NCBI GenBank assembly: GCA_963779225.1
Contig: CAVZWW010000003.1
Location: 3,359,835-3,423,834 of the forward strand
Length of the DNA stretch: 64,000 nucleotides
Reading direction: 5' to 3'
DNA from: an uncultured Bacteroidota bacterium
GTDB taxonomy: Bacteria > Bacteroidota > Ignavibacteria > UBA10030 > UBA6906
Shown here: piece after piece, positions 49,115-58,784 of the stretch
Layout: every line of letters begins with the position of its first letter
Numbering within the stretch: position 1 is the stretch's first letter
The notes under the pieces: generated by a model
What the model was told of the DNA's origin: nothing
What the model saw: only the letters and a program-made list of their open reading frames with translations
The model's database searches: none
Program-made: the position numbers and the translations under genes

Positions 49115-52100
49115 CTACCCTTTTTCTTGTTCCTTCGATGTCAAGCTCAACTTCCTTAGAATTGCCACTAACACAATTCCTCCAAGAAATAGGAGGACAA
49201 CGAGTGTGATCTCAGAGGATGGCAACATGTTTTTCGTTTCGGTTCTGGCCGAATGGTTCAGACGATCGCTCTCACCCACCAAGACAAAAGCCCCCCAGCG
49301 ATGCGGGTCAATTTCGCCCTGAGCAATCATATCGATTTTTGCCAATTGAAGAGCTTTGGATTTTCGTTCACCCCTCAGCAAATGACTGTAGAATCGAGTC
49401 ATGAGGATCGGAGTGAGATCATCGGGAATCGCCCATTGCGCTGAAATGACAGTTCTCACTCCTGCCATGTTGAATCCCCTTATGAAACCTTCTGTCTGAC
49501 CACTGGCTGTGGCCCCGCGAGTTCGGCAAGCACTGAGCACGACAAGTTCTGCCTGAAGTCCGATGTCGGGGATCTCATACGCCATGAGGATGTCCTCGCT
49601 TGAACTACGTGCGGCGCTGTAGAATTGCAGCCCGGAAAGCATAGGATTAGCCGCATCATATGTGGCATGCATCGCCAAATGAATGATTCTAAAATTCGGA
49701 GCTTTCTTACGAAATTGTTCGATGGTAGCATCACTCCCGACGAAGATTTCCGCTCTGTCTCCCAACATAGAAGCTATGGCCTCTACTTCTCGGCGGGCGC
49801 CGGGTAATGGAGGAGATCTAGATTCGGGTGCATCCACGGGAAAAGCAAAACCAGTGACTGAAACCGCCTCATCACCGTGGCTGGGATCGCCTGGGTCACC
49901 GAACCCAAGGAGGAAGCCACTCGGATGAACTTCTTGCTTGAATCGGGGATCCAAAAGTGAGCCCGCCGCCACATAGCTAATCTCGAATCGGCTAACAAGA
50001 AACTCAACTTGGGCCAGAGTATGGCTATTTCTAAGGTCCGTCACGAGCACCTCAAATGGAAGTCGGACGAGTGGTCCGTCAGGTACTATCACAAGTTTGT
50101 CAATGGCCGTAAGGTCTTTTCTTAGCGGTCCAAGTAACACCTCATAGAGGCCTTTTGAGCTCACGACATCAAAATGAAGCAGCAAAGTATTCTCCAAGCC
50201 CATTTCTCCGGACCGATCTCCTAGGACTCTCGAAATTGAATTCATCCTTCGGTCTAATTCCTTCCTACCTTCGGGGATGAGATAGTACACCATCTTGTCT
50301 CGCCTTGCCAAAAAGACATCCGTTTGGTGTTCACCAACCACGAATTCAAGTAACGCTTCGCGCTCTGCAAGCGATTCTCGTTGTAGGTTATGGAAAAAGG
50401 ATTGCGGAGGAGCCAGAAGTGCCTTTAGCTCCGCATTTCCGGATCGCATGCGTTTTACCAACGCATCATATTGAAGCTGAAGTTCAGAAACACTGCCCAT
50501 AAGACGAAAATCAATCTCCGGGTAGTTGTTTCCTCGGACTTTCCTTTCGCGGACAATCTCAAAACTTGCTCGCAACAATTTCTTGAAGCGCCGGATTTCA
50601 CCCAAAGAGGAATCATCCGTCCTCTCCAAAACGCTATTCGGCGAGAGCGTAAGGAAATCATTCCCCAACTCAAATCTAACTTGTTCGATGAACTCAAAAG
50701 CTTCCTCAATTCGTCCTGTTGCACATAGCGCATGGACATAGTTTGAGGAAATTTCCGAATGGTAGCGTGCACTATGTTGCGAAATCATCATGATGAAACG
50801 TGTGCTAGCCATTGTCTGGAAATCTGCAACCAGAGAACCAAACAGATCAGCCGCTTCTTCTTGATTTCCCGTCTCGAGTGCAATATCGGCGAGTCCCTTT
50901 TTGCATCTTATGACTACACCTTTCTGTCCCGCACTCTTCCCGATTGCCATCGCTGTCTCGAAGAGAGATCTTGCCTCGACCCACCGATGGTTCGAGAAAT
51001 GATATCTCGCAAGATTGATAAGAGCATTTGCTTTTTCCCGAGGATAAGCAGTTCGCTCTGCAAACTTCAACTGGCGCGAATAGTGAGTAAGGGCTTCCCC
51101 AACTTCGCCCAGAAGGTAAAGTCCATTTCCCACATTACCTTCACAAATTGCCAGAATTCGACCTTGTTTGTCGATGCGTCTGGCCGTGTTTAGAGCTTCG
51201 ACGAAATGCTGAAGCGCGACTTTTACATTGCCGAGGTTTGACTGCGCCAATCCCAGAACTGTCTCCAGGCGGAAGTGTTGGTACGGATTCCTTGGAAGAA
51301 CTCGGAACCTGTTCGCGGCTTCTATTGCATATTCGAGGGCGACGTCGTATGCTCCGAGCTCGCAGAACGCAGATGCAATGGTAGTAAGTGCCGACACCTC
51401 TTCCTGCTCGTTCTCAAGATCATCCAAACGGTGGAGGAGCAAGAAGGCTTGTTGCATCGCACTTTCATGGTCGCCTAACTCCATCAGGGCATCGAGTTTG
51501 ACCATCTTTGTAGTAGAATAGCCTGCGAGGTCACCACTCCGTTCGAAAGCCTGGGATGCTTCTTCAGAGAACGTTAGAGCCTTGTTGTGTTGGCCAACAC
51601 TGTGAGCATTTATCGCAATCTGCAAACAAATGTGCCCACGCCACCGCAATTGACCGTAGGCTGTAACAGATTTCAGCCCTTGATCTAGTGCTGCGGCTCG
51701 AGATTTGTCCAGGGCGAGAACTTCATATGTTCTACTGACTGTCCATCTCAAGAATTCTGCTCCATCAAAGTCTCCTAGCGACAGAGATCTATCCAAGATT
51801 TGCTCTGCACTCGAGACAGTCTCAGCGGAGGGCCTCAACATGGTGCTGGCCGCCCAAAACAGTTGAAGAAACTTGATCTCGGCACTGTCCTGCTGAAGCG
51901 CATGATTCAAGGTTGATAACGCATTTTCATAATCCAATTTGCCCCAATGGCAAAGGGCAAGTGCATACCAACCATTTTTCGATTCCGGACTCCTATGACA
52001 AATTCCGACAAAGTGCTGTAATGTGCGGTCTGATCCAAAGACCTTTTCATGTGCGTAGACGAATCCCCGGTAGACCTCTGGAATATCCAAATTGGATTCC

Positions 52101-52471
52101 ATAGCTCTAGCAAACGCATCGAGTGCCACGCCGAACTCTCTTTTTCGGAGGAAAGAGTTGCCGAGTCCGTAGTACGCATATTTTACTGAATACCCACCCA
52201 CAACTCGAGCTGTAAAAAACCTCTCCGCCTCCCCCACATCCCCCGCGTACAGACAAACTTCCGGCAGGGTTTCGTAGAGATACTTGTAGTCCGGGTACTT
52301 TTCGATCAAACGCTTGCACTCGTCTACCGCAGCGCTGTACATCCCCTTCCCCATCATCCGCCGGACAGCCAGGTACGCCTCGAGACGGTCGCTCTCCACA
52401 TCACAGAAGACAGTCCCGCACACCCCGCCCGCAACCAGAACGAGCACCAGATTCAACCTGAATACCCTCAT
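49115..52471 (-). CDS. periplasmic TPR-repeat protein with a C-terminal CHAT (caspase-like) protease domain and a C-terminal TM anchor
   Basis: Signal peptide MRVFRLNLVLVLVAGGVCG and extensive TPR-like helical repeats. The CHAT catalytic dyad context is IHLAMHATY (His) and LVVLSACRTRG (Cys). There is a terminal hydrophobic helix LVVLLFLGGIVLVAIL. The start overlaps the anti-sigma stop (ATGA). Confidence 0.85.
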   Translation of the reverse strand: MRVFRLNLVLVLVAGGVCGTVFCDVESDRLEAYLAVRRMMGKGMYSAAVDECKRLIEKYPDYKYLYETLPEVCLYAGDVGEAERFFTARVVGGYSVKYAYYGLGNSFLRKREFGVALDAFARAMESNLDIPEVYRGFVYAHEKVFGSDRTLQHFVGICHRSPESKNGWYALALCHWGKLDYENALSTLNHALQQDSAEIKFLQLFWAASTMLRPSAETVSSAEQILDRSLSLGDFDGAEFLRWTVSRTYEVLALDKSRAAALDQGLKSVTAYGQLRWRGHICLQIAINAHSVGQHNKALTFSEEASQAFERSGDLAGYSTTKMVKLDALMELGDHESAMQQAFLLLHRLDDLENEQEEVSALTTIASAFCELGAYDVALEYAIEAANRFRVLPRNPYQHFRLETVLGLAQSNLGNVKVALQHFVEALNTARRIDKQGRILAICEGNVGNGLYLLGEVGEALTHYSRQLKFAERTAYPREKANALINLARYHFSNHRWVEARSLFETAMAIGKSAGQKGVVIRCKKGLADIALETGNQEEAADLFGSLVADFQTMASTRFIMMISQHSARYHSEISSNYVHALCATGRIEEAFEFIEQVRFELGNDFLTLSPNSVLERTDDSSLGEIRRFKKLLRASFEIVRERKVRGNNYPEIDFRLMGSVSELQLQYDALVKRMRSGNAELKALLAPPQSFFHNLQRESLAEREALLEFVVGEHQTDVFLARRDKMVYYLIPEGRKELDRRMNSISRVLGDRSGEMGLENTLLLHFDVVSSKGLYEVLLGPLRKDLTAIDKLVIVPDGPLVRLPFEVLVTDLRNSHTLAQVEFLVSRFEISYVAAGSLLDPRFKQEVHPSGFLLGFGDPGDPSHGDEAVSVTGFAFPVDAPESRSPPLPGARREVEAIASMLGDRAEIFVGSDATIEQFRKKAPNFRIIHLAMHATYDAANPMLSGLQFYSAARSSSEDILMAYEIPDIGLQAELVVLSACRTRGATASGQTEGFIRGFNMAGVRTVISAQWAIPDDLTPILMTRFYSHLLRGERKSKALQLAKIDMIAQGEIDPHRWGAFVLVGESDRLNHSARTETKNMLPSSEITLVVLLFLGGIVLVAILRKLSLTSKEQEKG

Positions 52472-53262
52472 CTCCCACTCCGCCGATTAATCTCCTCCAG
52501 CAATTCCTCCGCACCACGCACCCGCAACCCTCCCCCCTTTACTACCCTCCGTAAATGGTCCGCGGCATTCTCAGGCTGCCCTAACATCAAATATCCCTTC
52601 GAAGCAATCCAAGACGCCTCCTCCACAAGACGGAGATTCTCCGAACGGGCAACCACCAGCAACAAATCCCTCAACCCCAACAGAATCTGCCCTTCGTCAA
52701 ACCGACGGAATAACCCGAACACACTGCTCTCCGCAGCACCGATCCGGATGGAACCGGCAAGCACCCGGGCAACATCGGCATCCTCACCCTCCGGGTGCAT
52801 CCGCAAAAATCGGTTGAGATGAACAAGAGCCGCACCGACATCACCCTCAGCATGCGCGACACGAGCCTGTTCGAGATCCTCCACATCAATTCCCCTGAAC
52901 CGCACATCCAGCTCAATGCGCCCAAGTGCGGTCAAATCAGCATACGGTCGCGCCGTCAATGCACTGATAACCAAAGACAGGCCAATGACCGCCACAAGAA
53001 GAGCCGCAGCACGAACCACGTACCGCCAGCCGGAATCGCGCACAACCCGCCCGGAAGCACGGCCACGGTCCCCCCGCCCACCTCCAAACAATTCCTCCCC
53101 ATCCCGATCAATACCCCGAACAACAACCGCAATTTCCTCCAATTGCGCGGAAAGTCCAGGATCCGCCTCAACCGCGTCCAATACCCGCAAGGATTCCTCC
53201 GGACCTAACTTGCCTAACGCAAAATCAACCAGGTCGTCCCTGACCACCTTTCTCTCTGCCAT
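52468..53262 (-). CDS. single-pass membrane anti-sigma-factor-like protein
   Basis: About 80-aa cytoplasmic N-domain, a TM helix WRYVVRAAALLVAVIGLSLVISAL and a ~165-aa periplasmic domain. It lies directly downstream of an ECF sigma gene and upstream of the CHAT gene, and it has no zinc (HxxxCxxC) motif. Confidence 0.6.
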   Translation of the reverse strand: MAERKVVRDDLVDFALGKLGPEESLRVLDAVEADPGLSAQLEEIAVVVRGIDRDGEELFGGGRGDRGRASGRVVRDSGWRYVVRAAALLVAVIGLSLVISALTARPYADLTALGRIELDVRFRGIDVEDLEQARVAHAEGDVGAALVHLNRFLRMHPEGEDADVARVLAGSIRIGAAESSVFGLFRRFDEGQILLGLRDLLLVVARSENLRLVEEASWIASKGYLMLGQPENAADHLRRVVKGGGLRVRGAEELLEEINRRSGR

Positions 53263-53275
53263 GCCATTCTCCTCC

Positions 53276-53821
53276 TTACCCTATTACTCCAAACAACCCC
53301 TTTTTCCGAAGTTCCCGGTTAATTCTTTTCAAAGCTGCCACCTCCCGACTCTTAAGTGTGGAAATGGGAGCACCCAACAGGTCACTGATCTCCAGAAATG
53401 TCAGTTTCATGAAGTACCTCAGCTTGACGATCTCAAAATCCCGGTCCGACAGCCCGCGGATCACCCCGCGAAAGGCCGCACGTTCGGCCTTTTCTTCACT
53501 CTCGGCGGGGTCAAATGTAGTCGGAAACCGGATCTCCACCGCCTCTCCCCACGATACACGCCTGTCCCCCCGCTTTTTTGCCTGCCAGGCACGGTTAATC
53601 ACCGCCCGCGATATGTAGTTGCGAACGTGCTCCACCGATTCAAATTTCCCGTCTTCCATCGCCAGCACGGTGCAAATGACGGAATGCACGATGTCCTTCG
53701 CCTCCTCTTCGGAGACCTGCGCACACAATGCGTTGTTAATCCAGATTCGGGAGTACTTCCGGTAGGCTGTTTCGAGGAGCGCCGGCAGGGTGCCGCGATC
53801 TCCGGGGGATGATGCAGTCAT
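53276..53821 (-). CDS. ECF-family RNA polymerase sigma factor (sigma-70 regions 2 and 4)
   Basis: Region 2 ...YISRAVINRAWQ... and region 4 LSDRDFEIVKLRYFMKLTFLEISDLLGAPISTLKSREVAALKRI. Confidence 0.85.
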   Translation of the reverse strand: MTASSPGDRGTLPALLETAYRKYSRIWINNALCAQVSEEEAKDIVHSVICTVLAMEDGKFESVEHVRNYISRAVINRAWQAKKRGDRRVSWGEAVEIRFPTTFDPAESEEKAERAAFRGVIRGLSDRDFEIVKLRYFMKLTFLEISDLLGAPISTLKSREVAALKRINRELRKKGLFGVIG

Positions 53822-53975
53822 GACGGGAATCCCCTCACGTGGCGTATTCCTGGCGCGATAGGATCTGTTTGCCCATCATACGGAAACGCATCTTCCCGTG
53901 CAAGAGGAAAATAGCCCGCCTTGCTTTTACTCAAACCCGTTCGTATCTTTTTCACGGGCGTAAGCCCCCAATCCC

Positions 53976-55106
53976 GTGCCTCTTGTCCCTCCATATATTG
54001 AATCCCTCGAACCGTACAGAGCCGGTAAACCGATCGCCGAACTTCAGCACGAACTCGGCACGACGGACGTCATCAAACTCGCGTCGAACGAAAATCCCCT
54101 TGGCCCATCACCGCACGCAATCGAAGCACTCCGCTCGGCGTACAGTACGCTCCACCTCTACCCGAACGGCGGACTCGACCTGCGCGAAACACTCGCGGCT
54201 CAATACAACCTGAAGGTGGAAAACGTGATCGCCGGCAGCGGTTCGGAAGGGATCATGTCCAATATCATCAGGGCATTTCTCTGCGACGAGGATGAGGTCC
54301 TCACCTCCGACGGCACATTCGTGGGTTTCTATGTGCTGGCCCGCTCACGCGGCACACGCCTGATTACGGTCCCGCTTGTCAACTACGGCTTCGACCTCCT
54401 GGCCATCGCCGACCGCATCACCCCGCACACGAAGATCATTTATCTCGTGAATCCGAACAATCCTACCGGGACGATTTTCACCCGAAACGTGTTCGATGAG
54501 TTCATGAAACGCGTTCCACCGCATGTCCTCATCATTCTGGATGAGGCATACTTCGAATACGCCCGCAACAACCCGGTGTACCCCGACTCGATGCACTACC
54601 GCTACGACAACGTGATCACACTCCGCACGTTTTCGAAAGTCTACGGACTCGCCGGAGTTCGTATCGGATATGGTTTCGCCCATGACCTGCTGATCCGCAA
54701 CCTCCTGAAAGTGAAGCTGCCTTTTGAACCGAGCACCCTCGCACAGGTGGCCGGCATTGCAGCACTGAACGATCCTGAATTTCTCTACCGCTCACTCGCT
54801 GTGAACGCCGCGGGAAAGCTCTTCCTCCCCCCAGCCCTGCATGCTCTCGGCTTCACCGTCGTTCCCACGGAAGCGAATTTTGTCTGCGTCCCGCTCGACA
54901 GCGAAACCGCGGTCCAACGGCTCTACACGGAACTCCTTCGCCGCGGCATCATTATCCGCCCTCTCAAGGCCTTCGGCCTCCCCCACTGCGTGCGTATCAC
55001 ATTCGGAACACAGGAACAGAACGAACGCCTCCTCCATGCACTGAAGGACATACTCGCCACTGACCGCGATGCCGTAATTCTGCCACAGCACGCTGACGCC
55101 ACCTGA
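53976..55106 (+). CDS. hisC: histidinol-phosphate aminotransferase
   Basis: Class II aminotransferase: KLASNENPLGPSP...FSKVYGLAGVRIGY (PLP Lys region). Confidence 0.9.
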   Translation: MPLVPPYIESLEPYRAGKPIAELQHELGTTDVIKLASNENPLGPSPHAIEALRSAYSTLHLYPNGGLDLRETLAAQYNLKVENVIAGSGSEGIMSNIIRAFLCDEDEVLTSDGTFVGFYVLARSRGTRLITVPLVNYGFDLLAIADRITPHTKIIYLVNPNNPTGTIFTRNVFDEFMKRVPPHVLIILDEAYFEYARNNPVYPDSMHYRYDNVITLRTFSKVYGLAGVRIGYGFAHDLLIRNLLKVKLPFEPSTLAQVAGIAALNDPEFLYRSLAVNAAGKLFLPPALHALGFTVVPTEANFVCVPLDSETAVQRLYTELLRRGIIIRPLKAFGLPHCVRITFGTQEQNERLLHALKDILATDRDAVILPQHADAT

Positions 55107-55109
55107 AAG

Positions 55110-55772
55110 GTGCCGCTTCGCACACAATGCATGACTACCGGAGATATACCCATGATCTGGAGACATATCGGTCTGTCCTTCGTTCTTCTCTTTTCGTGCG
55201 TTGCACCCTCCTGTAATGTGATCAAGGATATCAATAAGGCAGCGGTTAATCTTTCGCGCTGCACTTTCAAACTGGATGGCCTGAGTGACTTCCAACTTGC
55301 CGGGATACCCCTTGGCGGAAAGACAAAACTCGGCCTCATGGACGGAGCAGCCGTGATGGGGACCTTCGCCAAAGGTGAACTCCCCGCATCCTTCACTCTG
55401 AACATCGCCGTGGTGAACCCGAATGACGGCACGGGAGGCACACCCCGGTCGGCCGCAACACTCACCGGCTTCGCCTGGAATCTCCGCCTCGACGATACAC
55501 CGACCGTATCCGGCGACATATCCTCACCCATCACCATCCCCGGCACCGGCCAGTCAACGGTGATTCCCCTCCGCATGAACCTCGACCTGATACGGTTCTT
55601 CAAGGAAAAGGGGTTTGACCGCATGCTCAATCTTGCACTCGCCCTCGGCGGTGCACAGGGTTCCACAAGCCGCGTCACCCTGCGTGCCCGTCCGACGATC
55701 AACACAGACTTCGGGCCACTCACCTACCCCGGCGATATCGACATCATCGACAAGGAGTTCCGCGGAAAGTGA
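55110..55772 (+). CDS. putative lipoprotein of unknown function
   Basis: MIWRHIGLSFVLLFSC lipobox-like signal peptide (the start may be at 55152), then a beta-rich Gly/Thr-rich domain. Confidence 0.5.
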   Translation: MPLRTQCMTTGDIPMIWRHIGLSFVLLFSCVAPSCNVIKDINKAAVNLSRCTFKLDGLSDFQLAGIPLGGKTKLGLMDGAAVMGTFAKGELPASFTLNIAVVNPNDGTGGTPRSAATLTGFAWNLRLDDTPTVSGDISSPITIPGTGQSTVIPLRMNLDLIRFFKEKGFDRMLNLALALGGAQGSTSRVTLRARPTINTDFGPLTYPGDIDIIDKEFRGK

Positions 55773-55803
55773 TATCCCATTGCACAGGGACGGCGTGAAA
55801 GAC

Positions 55804-55947
55804 ATGGACCTCCAGGCGGATTACCCGGAAACGGCACGCAACGCCGCAATCATCCCGCGCAAACAGAGCAAGGGCTTCGGCAAGAGCAACCTCAAGACGC
55901 TTTTCGAAGCGATCGAGCGCGAAGAGGCACTCAAGGGGGGTCTGTGA
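55804..55947 (+). CDS. candidate small protein (47 aa) translationally coupled to the downstream hydrolase
   Basis: MDLQADYPETARNAAIIPRKQSKGFGKSNLKTLFEAIEREEALKGGL. The stop TGA overlaps the GTG start of the next gene (GTGA). It starts 31 nt after the lipoprotein stop. Confidence 0.25.
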   Translation: MDLQADYPETARNAAIIPRKQSKGFGKSNLKTLFEAIEREEALKGGL

Positions 55948-56942
55948 AACTCTGCACGTTCGAAGTCACGACATCACTCGGCCGCCACCGCCGACTCGGG
56001 GCATTCCACGGTACAGACATCGTGGACCTCAACTTCGGCTGCGCGTGGCATCTCGCCCGTAAGGGCGAAGTGCGCCCCTATACCCTTGCAGACGTTCTCG
56101 TTCCGGACAATATGCTTGCATTCCTCCAGGGGGAAAAAACGTCAATGGGCTTCGCCCGCGCAACGTTGGAAGACCTTGCCACCGCGCTCGCGCAGGGCGA
56201 ACCGCTGACCGGACCGAACCAGGAAACGCTCGTCTACCCTGCCGCGGACGTCACTCTGCGTGCCCCATTGCCGCGCCCACCTTCGATCCGTGACTTCTAT
56301 GCATTCGAAGATCATCTCCGAAAGGGCTTTGAAAAACGGGGTGGACCCGTGCCGAAGGAGTGGTACGAATTTCCTGTCTATTATAAGGCCGCCCACCAGA
56401 ATGTGATCGGTCCCGGTGAAGATGTACTCTGGCCCGCGTTCACAGAAAAGTTCGATTATGAGCTGGAACTCGCAGCAGTGATCGGTACGTCCTGCCGGAA
56501 TGTTCAGGCTGCCAACGCACGGACCTGTCTCGCCGGCTTCATGGTGATGAACGACTTCAGCGCACGCGACATCCTGCGGAAGGAAATGAAGGTGCGGCTC
56601 GGACCCGCAAAGGGGAAAGACTGGTGTACCGCGATCGGACCTGTCCTTGTGACACCCGATGAAATCGGGAATCCGTACGACCTCCGCATGACCGCCCGTA
56701 TCAACGGTGAGCTCTGGTCGGAGGGCAACTCCAAAACCATGCACTGGACGTTTGAAGAGATGATCGAATTCGTCTCGAAGGACGAATCCCTCTCCCCCGG
56801 CGACGTGCTCGGATCGGGCACTGTCGGGAGCGGTTGTGGATTGGACCTGGACCGCTGGGTGCAGCCCGGAGACCTGATGGAGTTGTGCATCGACAAGATC
56901 GGCTGTCTGAACAACCGTGTGGTGAAGAGGGAGAACGCATGA
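55944..56942 (+). CDS. fumarylacetoacetate hydrolase (FAH) family protein
   Basis: 332 aa with the FAH-fold motifs ...FDYELELAAVIG...GDVLGSGTVGSG.... GTG start. Confidence 0.85.
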   Translation: MKLCTFEVTTSLGRHRRLGAFHGTDIVDLNFGCAWHLARKGEVRPYTLADVLVPDNMLAFLQGEKTSMGFARATLEDLATALAQGEPLTGPNQETLVYPAADVTLRAPLPRPPSIRDFYAFEDHLRKGFEKRGGPVPKEWYEFPVYYKAAHQNVIGPGEDVLWPAFTEKFDYELELAAVIGTSCRNVQAANARTCLAGFMVMNDFSARDILRKEMKVRLGPAKGKDWCTAIGPVLVTPDEIGNPYDLRMTARINGELWSEGNSKTMHWTFEEMIEFVSKDESLSPGDVLGSGTVGSGCGLDLDRWVQPGDLMELCIDKIGCLNNRVVKRENA

Positions 56943-57059
56943 TCCGGATGAAGAACGAAGAGACGAAAGAGTGCAGTATCGCCTCGGAATGGCCGCTTCA
57001 TCAGATTGTAGTGGTGGGCGACCGGCCGCAATCCAGAACATCCCGAGGAGTGTACGATC

Positions 57060-58784
57060 GTGCAAACGGATGACCTTCACCCGACGACCGCGGAAAACAT
57101 CGCACGCGCAAGGGCCGTCAATGAGGTGCCCGTCAGCGAGCCACTCGTTCCCTACCGGAACATCGGTGAGCTGCTTGAGGACCAGGTCGACCGGCATGAG
57201 CAGAAGCCCTTCCTCATTTACTACAGCGAGGATGGATTCCGGAAGGAGTTCTCCTACCGCGAGTTTTTCGAGGAAGCCTGTAAGACGGCAAACTATCTCA
57301 CCTCTCTCGGGATCGGCCAGGGCGACCGCATCGCCGTGGTGTCGCAGAATCATCCCGACGTGGTCATTCAGTACTTCGCGGCGTTTCTCGCGGGTGCTGC
57401 AGTCGTGCCGGTGAATATGGCGGAAGATGACCGCCGCGTCGAATACGTGCTGCGCGACTCCGGAGCGAAACTGGCGTTCGTCCGGGATCAGTACGTCAAT
57501 CGCATCACGGGTCTTCGGGGAGAACTCCCGGAACTGCGCACACTCGTCCAGTCGGGCAAGTCCGTAACGTCCGCCCTTCCACACTTCCAGACTGAAATCC
57601 AGCGCCAGCCCGTCCGGTTCCGTCTGAAGAAGAGCCCTGCTTTGCATGACGACGCCCTGATCGTGTATACCTCGGGCACCACCGGACATCCAAAGGGGAT
57701 TGTGCTCGAACAATACAATCTCCTGGTGAATGCCATGGCGATCGGCGAGTGGCACCGGATATCCGACGATCAGCGGATGATGTGTGTCCTGCCCCTTCAT
57801 CATGTGAACGGCATTGTGGTGACGTTGATGACCCCCCTGTACACGGGGGGCGGCGTGGTGGTATGCGAGAAGTTCCACTCGGCCAAGTTTTTCGAGAGGA
57901 TCAGCATCGAACGGGTCACCGTCGTGAGCGTGGTGCCGACGCTGCTACATTTTCTCCTGCACACGAAGCTCCCTGTGGAGGGGTACAAGCTGGCACACTT
58001 CCGCCACGTCATCTGTGGTGCGGGCCCCCTGACTGTTGAACTGGCACAGAAGTACGAGCATCTGTTCTCACGCCCGATCATCCACGGCTACGGTCTTTCG
58101 GAAACAACCTGCTACTCCTGCTTCCTCCCGATTGACCTGACCGCGGCGGAACACAAGCACTGGATGACCGCGTACGGCTTTCCCTCCATCGGCGTCCCCC
58201 TGCCCGTCAACGAAATGACGATCCACGACGAGGCAGGAAATGAGATGCCCGAGGGGGAACGCGGTGAGATTGTAATTCGCGGGCACAATGTGATGAGGAG
58301 GTACTTCGGCGAACCGGAAGCCAACGCAACAGCGTTTGCCCATGGCTGGTTCCGGAGCGGTGATGAAGGGTTCTACCGTCTCGACGGCCAGGGCCGGAAG
58401 TTTTTCTTCATCACGGGACGGATGAAGGAACTGATCATCCGCGGCGGTGTGAATATCTCACCCTTCGAAATCGACGAGGTGTTGAATGCCGTTCCCGGAG
58501 TGGCGTCGGCGATAGCTGTGGGATTTGAGAATGATTGGTACGGCGAGGAGGTCGGTGCTCTTGTCAAGCTGCGCCCCGGATTCGAAACAACCGAGGCGCA
58601 GGTGCTGGCTCACTGCGCAAAACATCTTCCCTGGGCAAAGTCTCCGAAGGTCGTGGTATTCATCGCGGAAATTCCCGTCACCTCAACCGGAAAGTACCAG
58701 AGAGGAGAGTACAGAGAATTCTTTGAAAAATGGAGGGGGGAGCAGTTTAGAATGTCCCCACAAACAACCCCGCCTGAAGCATAA
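57060..58784 (+). CDS. AMP-dependent synthetase/ligase (acyl-CoA synthetase family)
   Basis: AMP-binding motif YTSGTTGHPKGIVL and a C-terminal A10 Lys region. Confidence 0.85.
   Translation: MQTDDLHPTTAENIARARAVNEVPVSEPLVPYRNIGELLEDQVDRHEQKPFLIYYSEDGFRKEFSYREFFEEACKTANYLTSLGIGQGDRIAVVSQNHPDVVIQYFAAFLAGAAVVPVNMAEDDRRVEYVLRDSGAKLAFVRDQYVNRITGLRGELPELRTLVQSGKSVTSALPHFQTEIQRQPVRFRLKKSPALHDDALIVYTSGTTGHPKGIVLEQYNLLVNAMAIGEWHRISDDQRMMCVLPLHHVNGIVVTLMTPLYTGGGVVVCEKFHSAKFFERISIERVTVVSVVPTLLHFLLHTKLPVEGYKLAHFRHVICGAGPLTVELAQKYEHLFSRPIIHGYGLSETTCYSCFLPIDLTAAEHKHWMTAYGFPSIGVPLPVNEMTIHDEAGNEMPEGERGEIVIRGHNVMRRYFGEPEANATAFAHGWFRSGDEGFYRLDGQGRKFFFITGRMKELIIRGGVNISPFEIDEVLNAVPGVASAIAVGFENDWYGEEVGALVKLRPGFETTEAQVLAHCAKHLPWAKSPKVVVFIAEIPVTSTGKYQRGEYREFFEKWRGEQFRMSPQTTPPEA

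Noticed and set aside
55615-55947. 110-aa ORF overlapping the lipoprotein gene
   Set aside because: Its 5' two-thirds overlap the lipoprotein CDS out of frame. Only the distal 47 codons after the lipoprotein stop are retained as a candidate.
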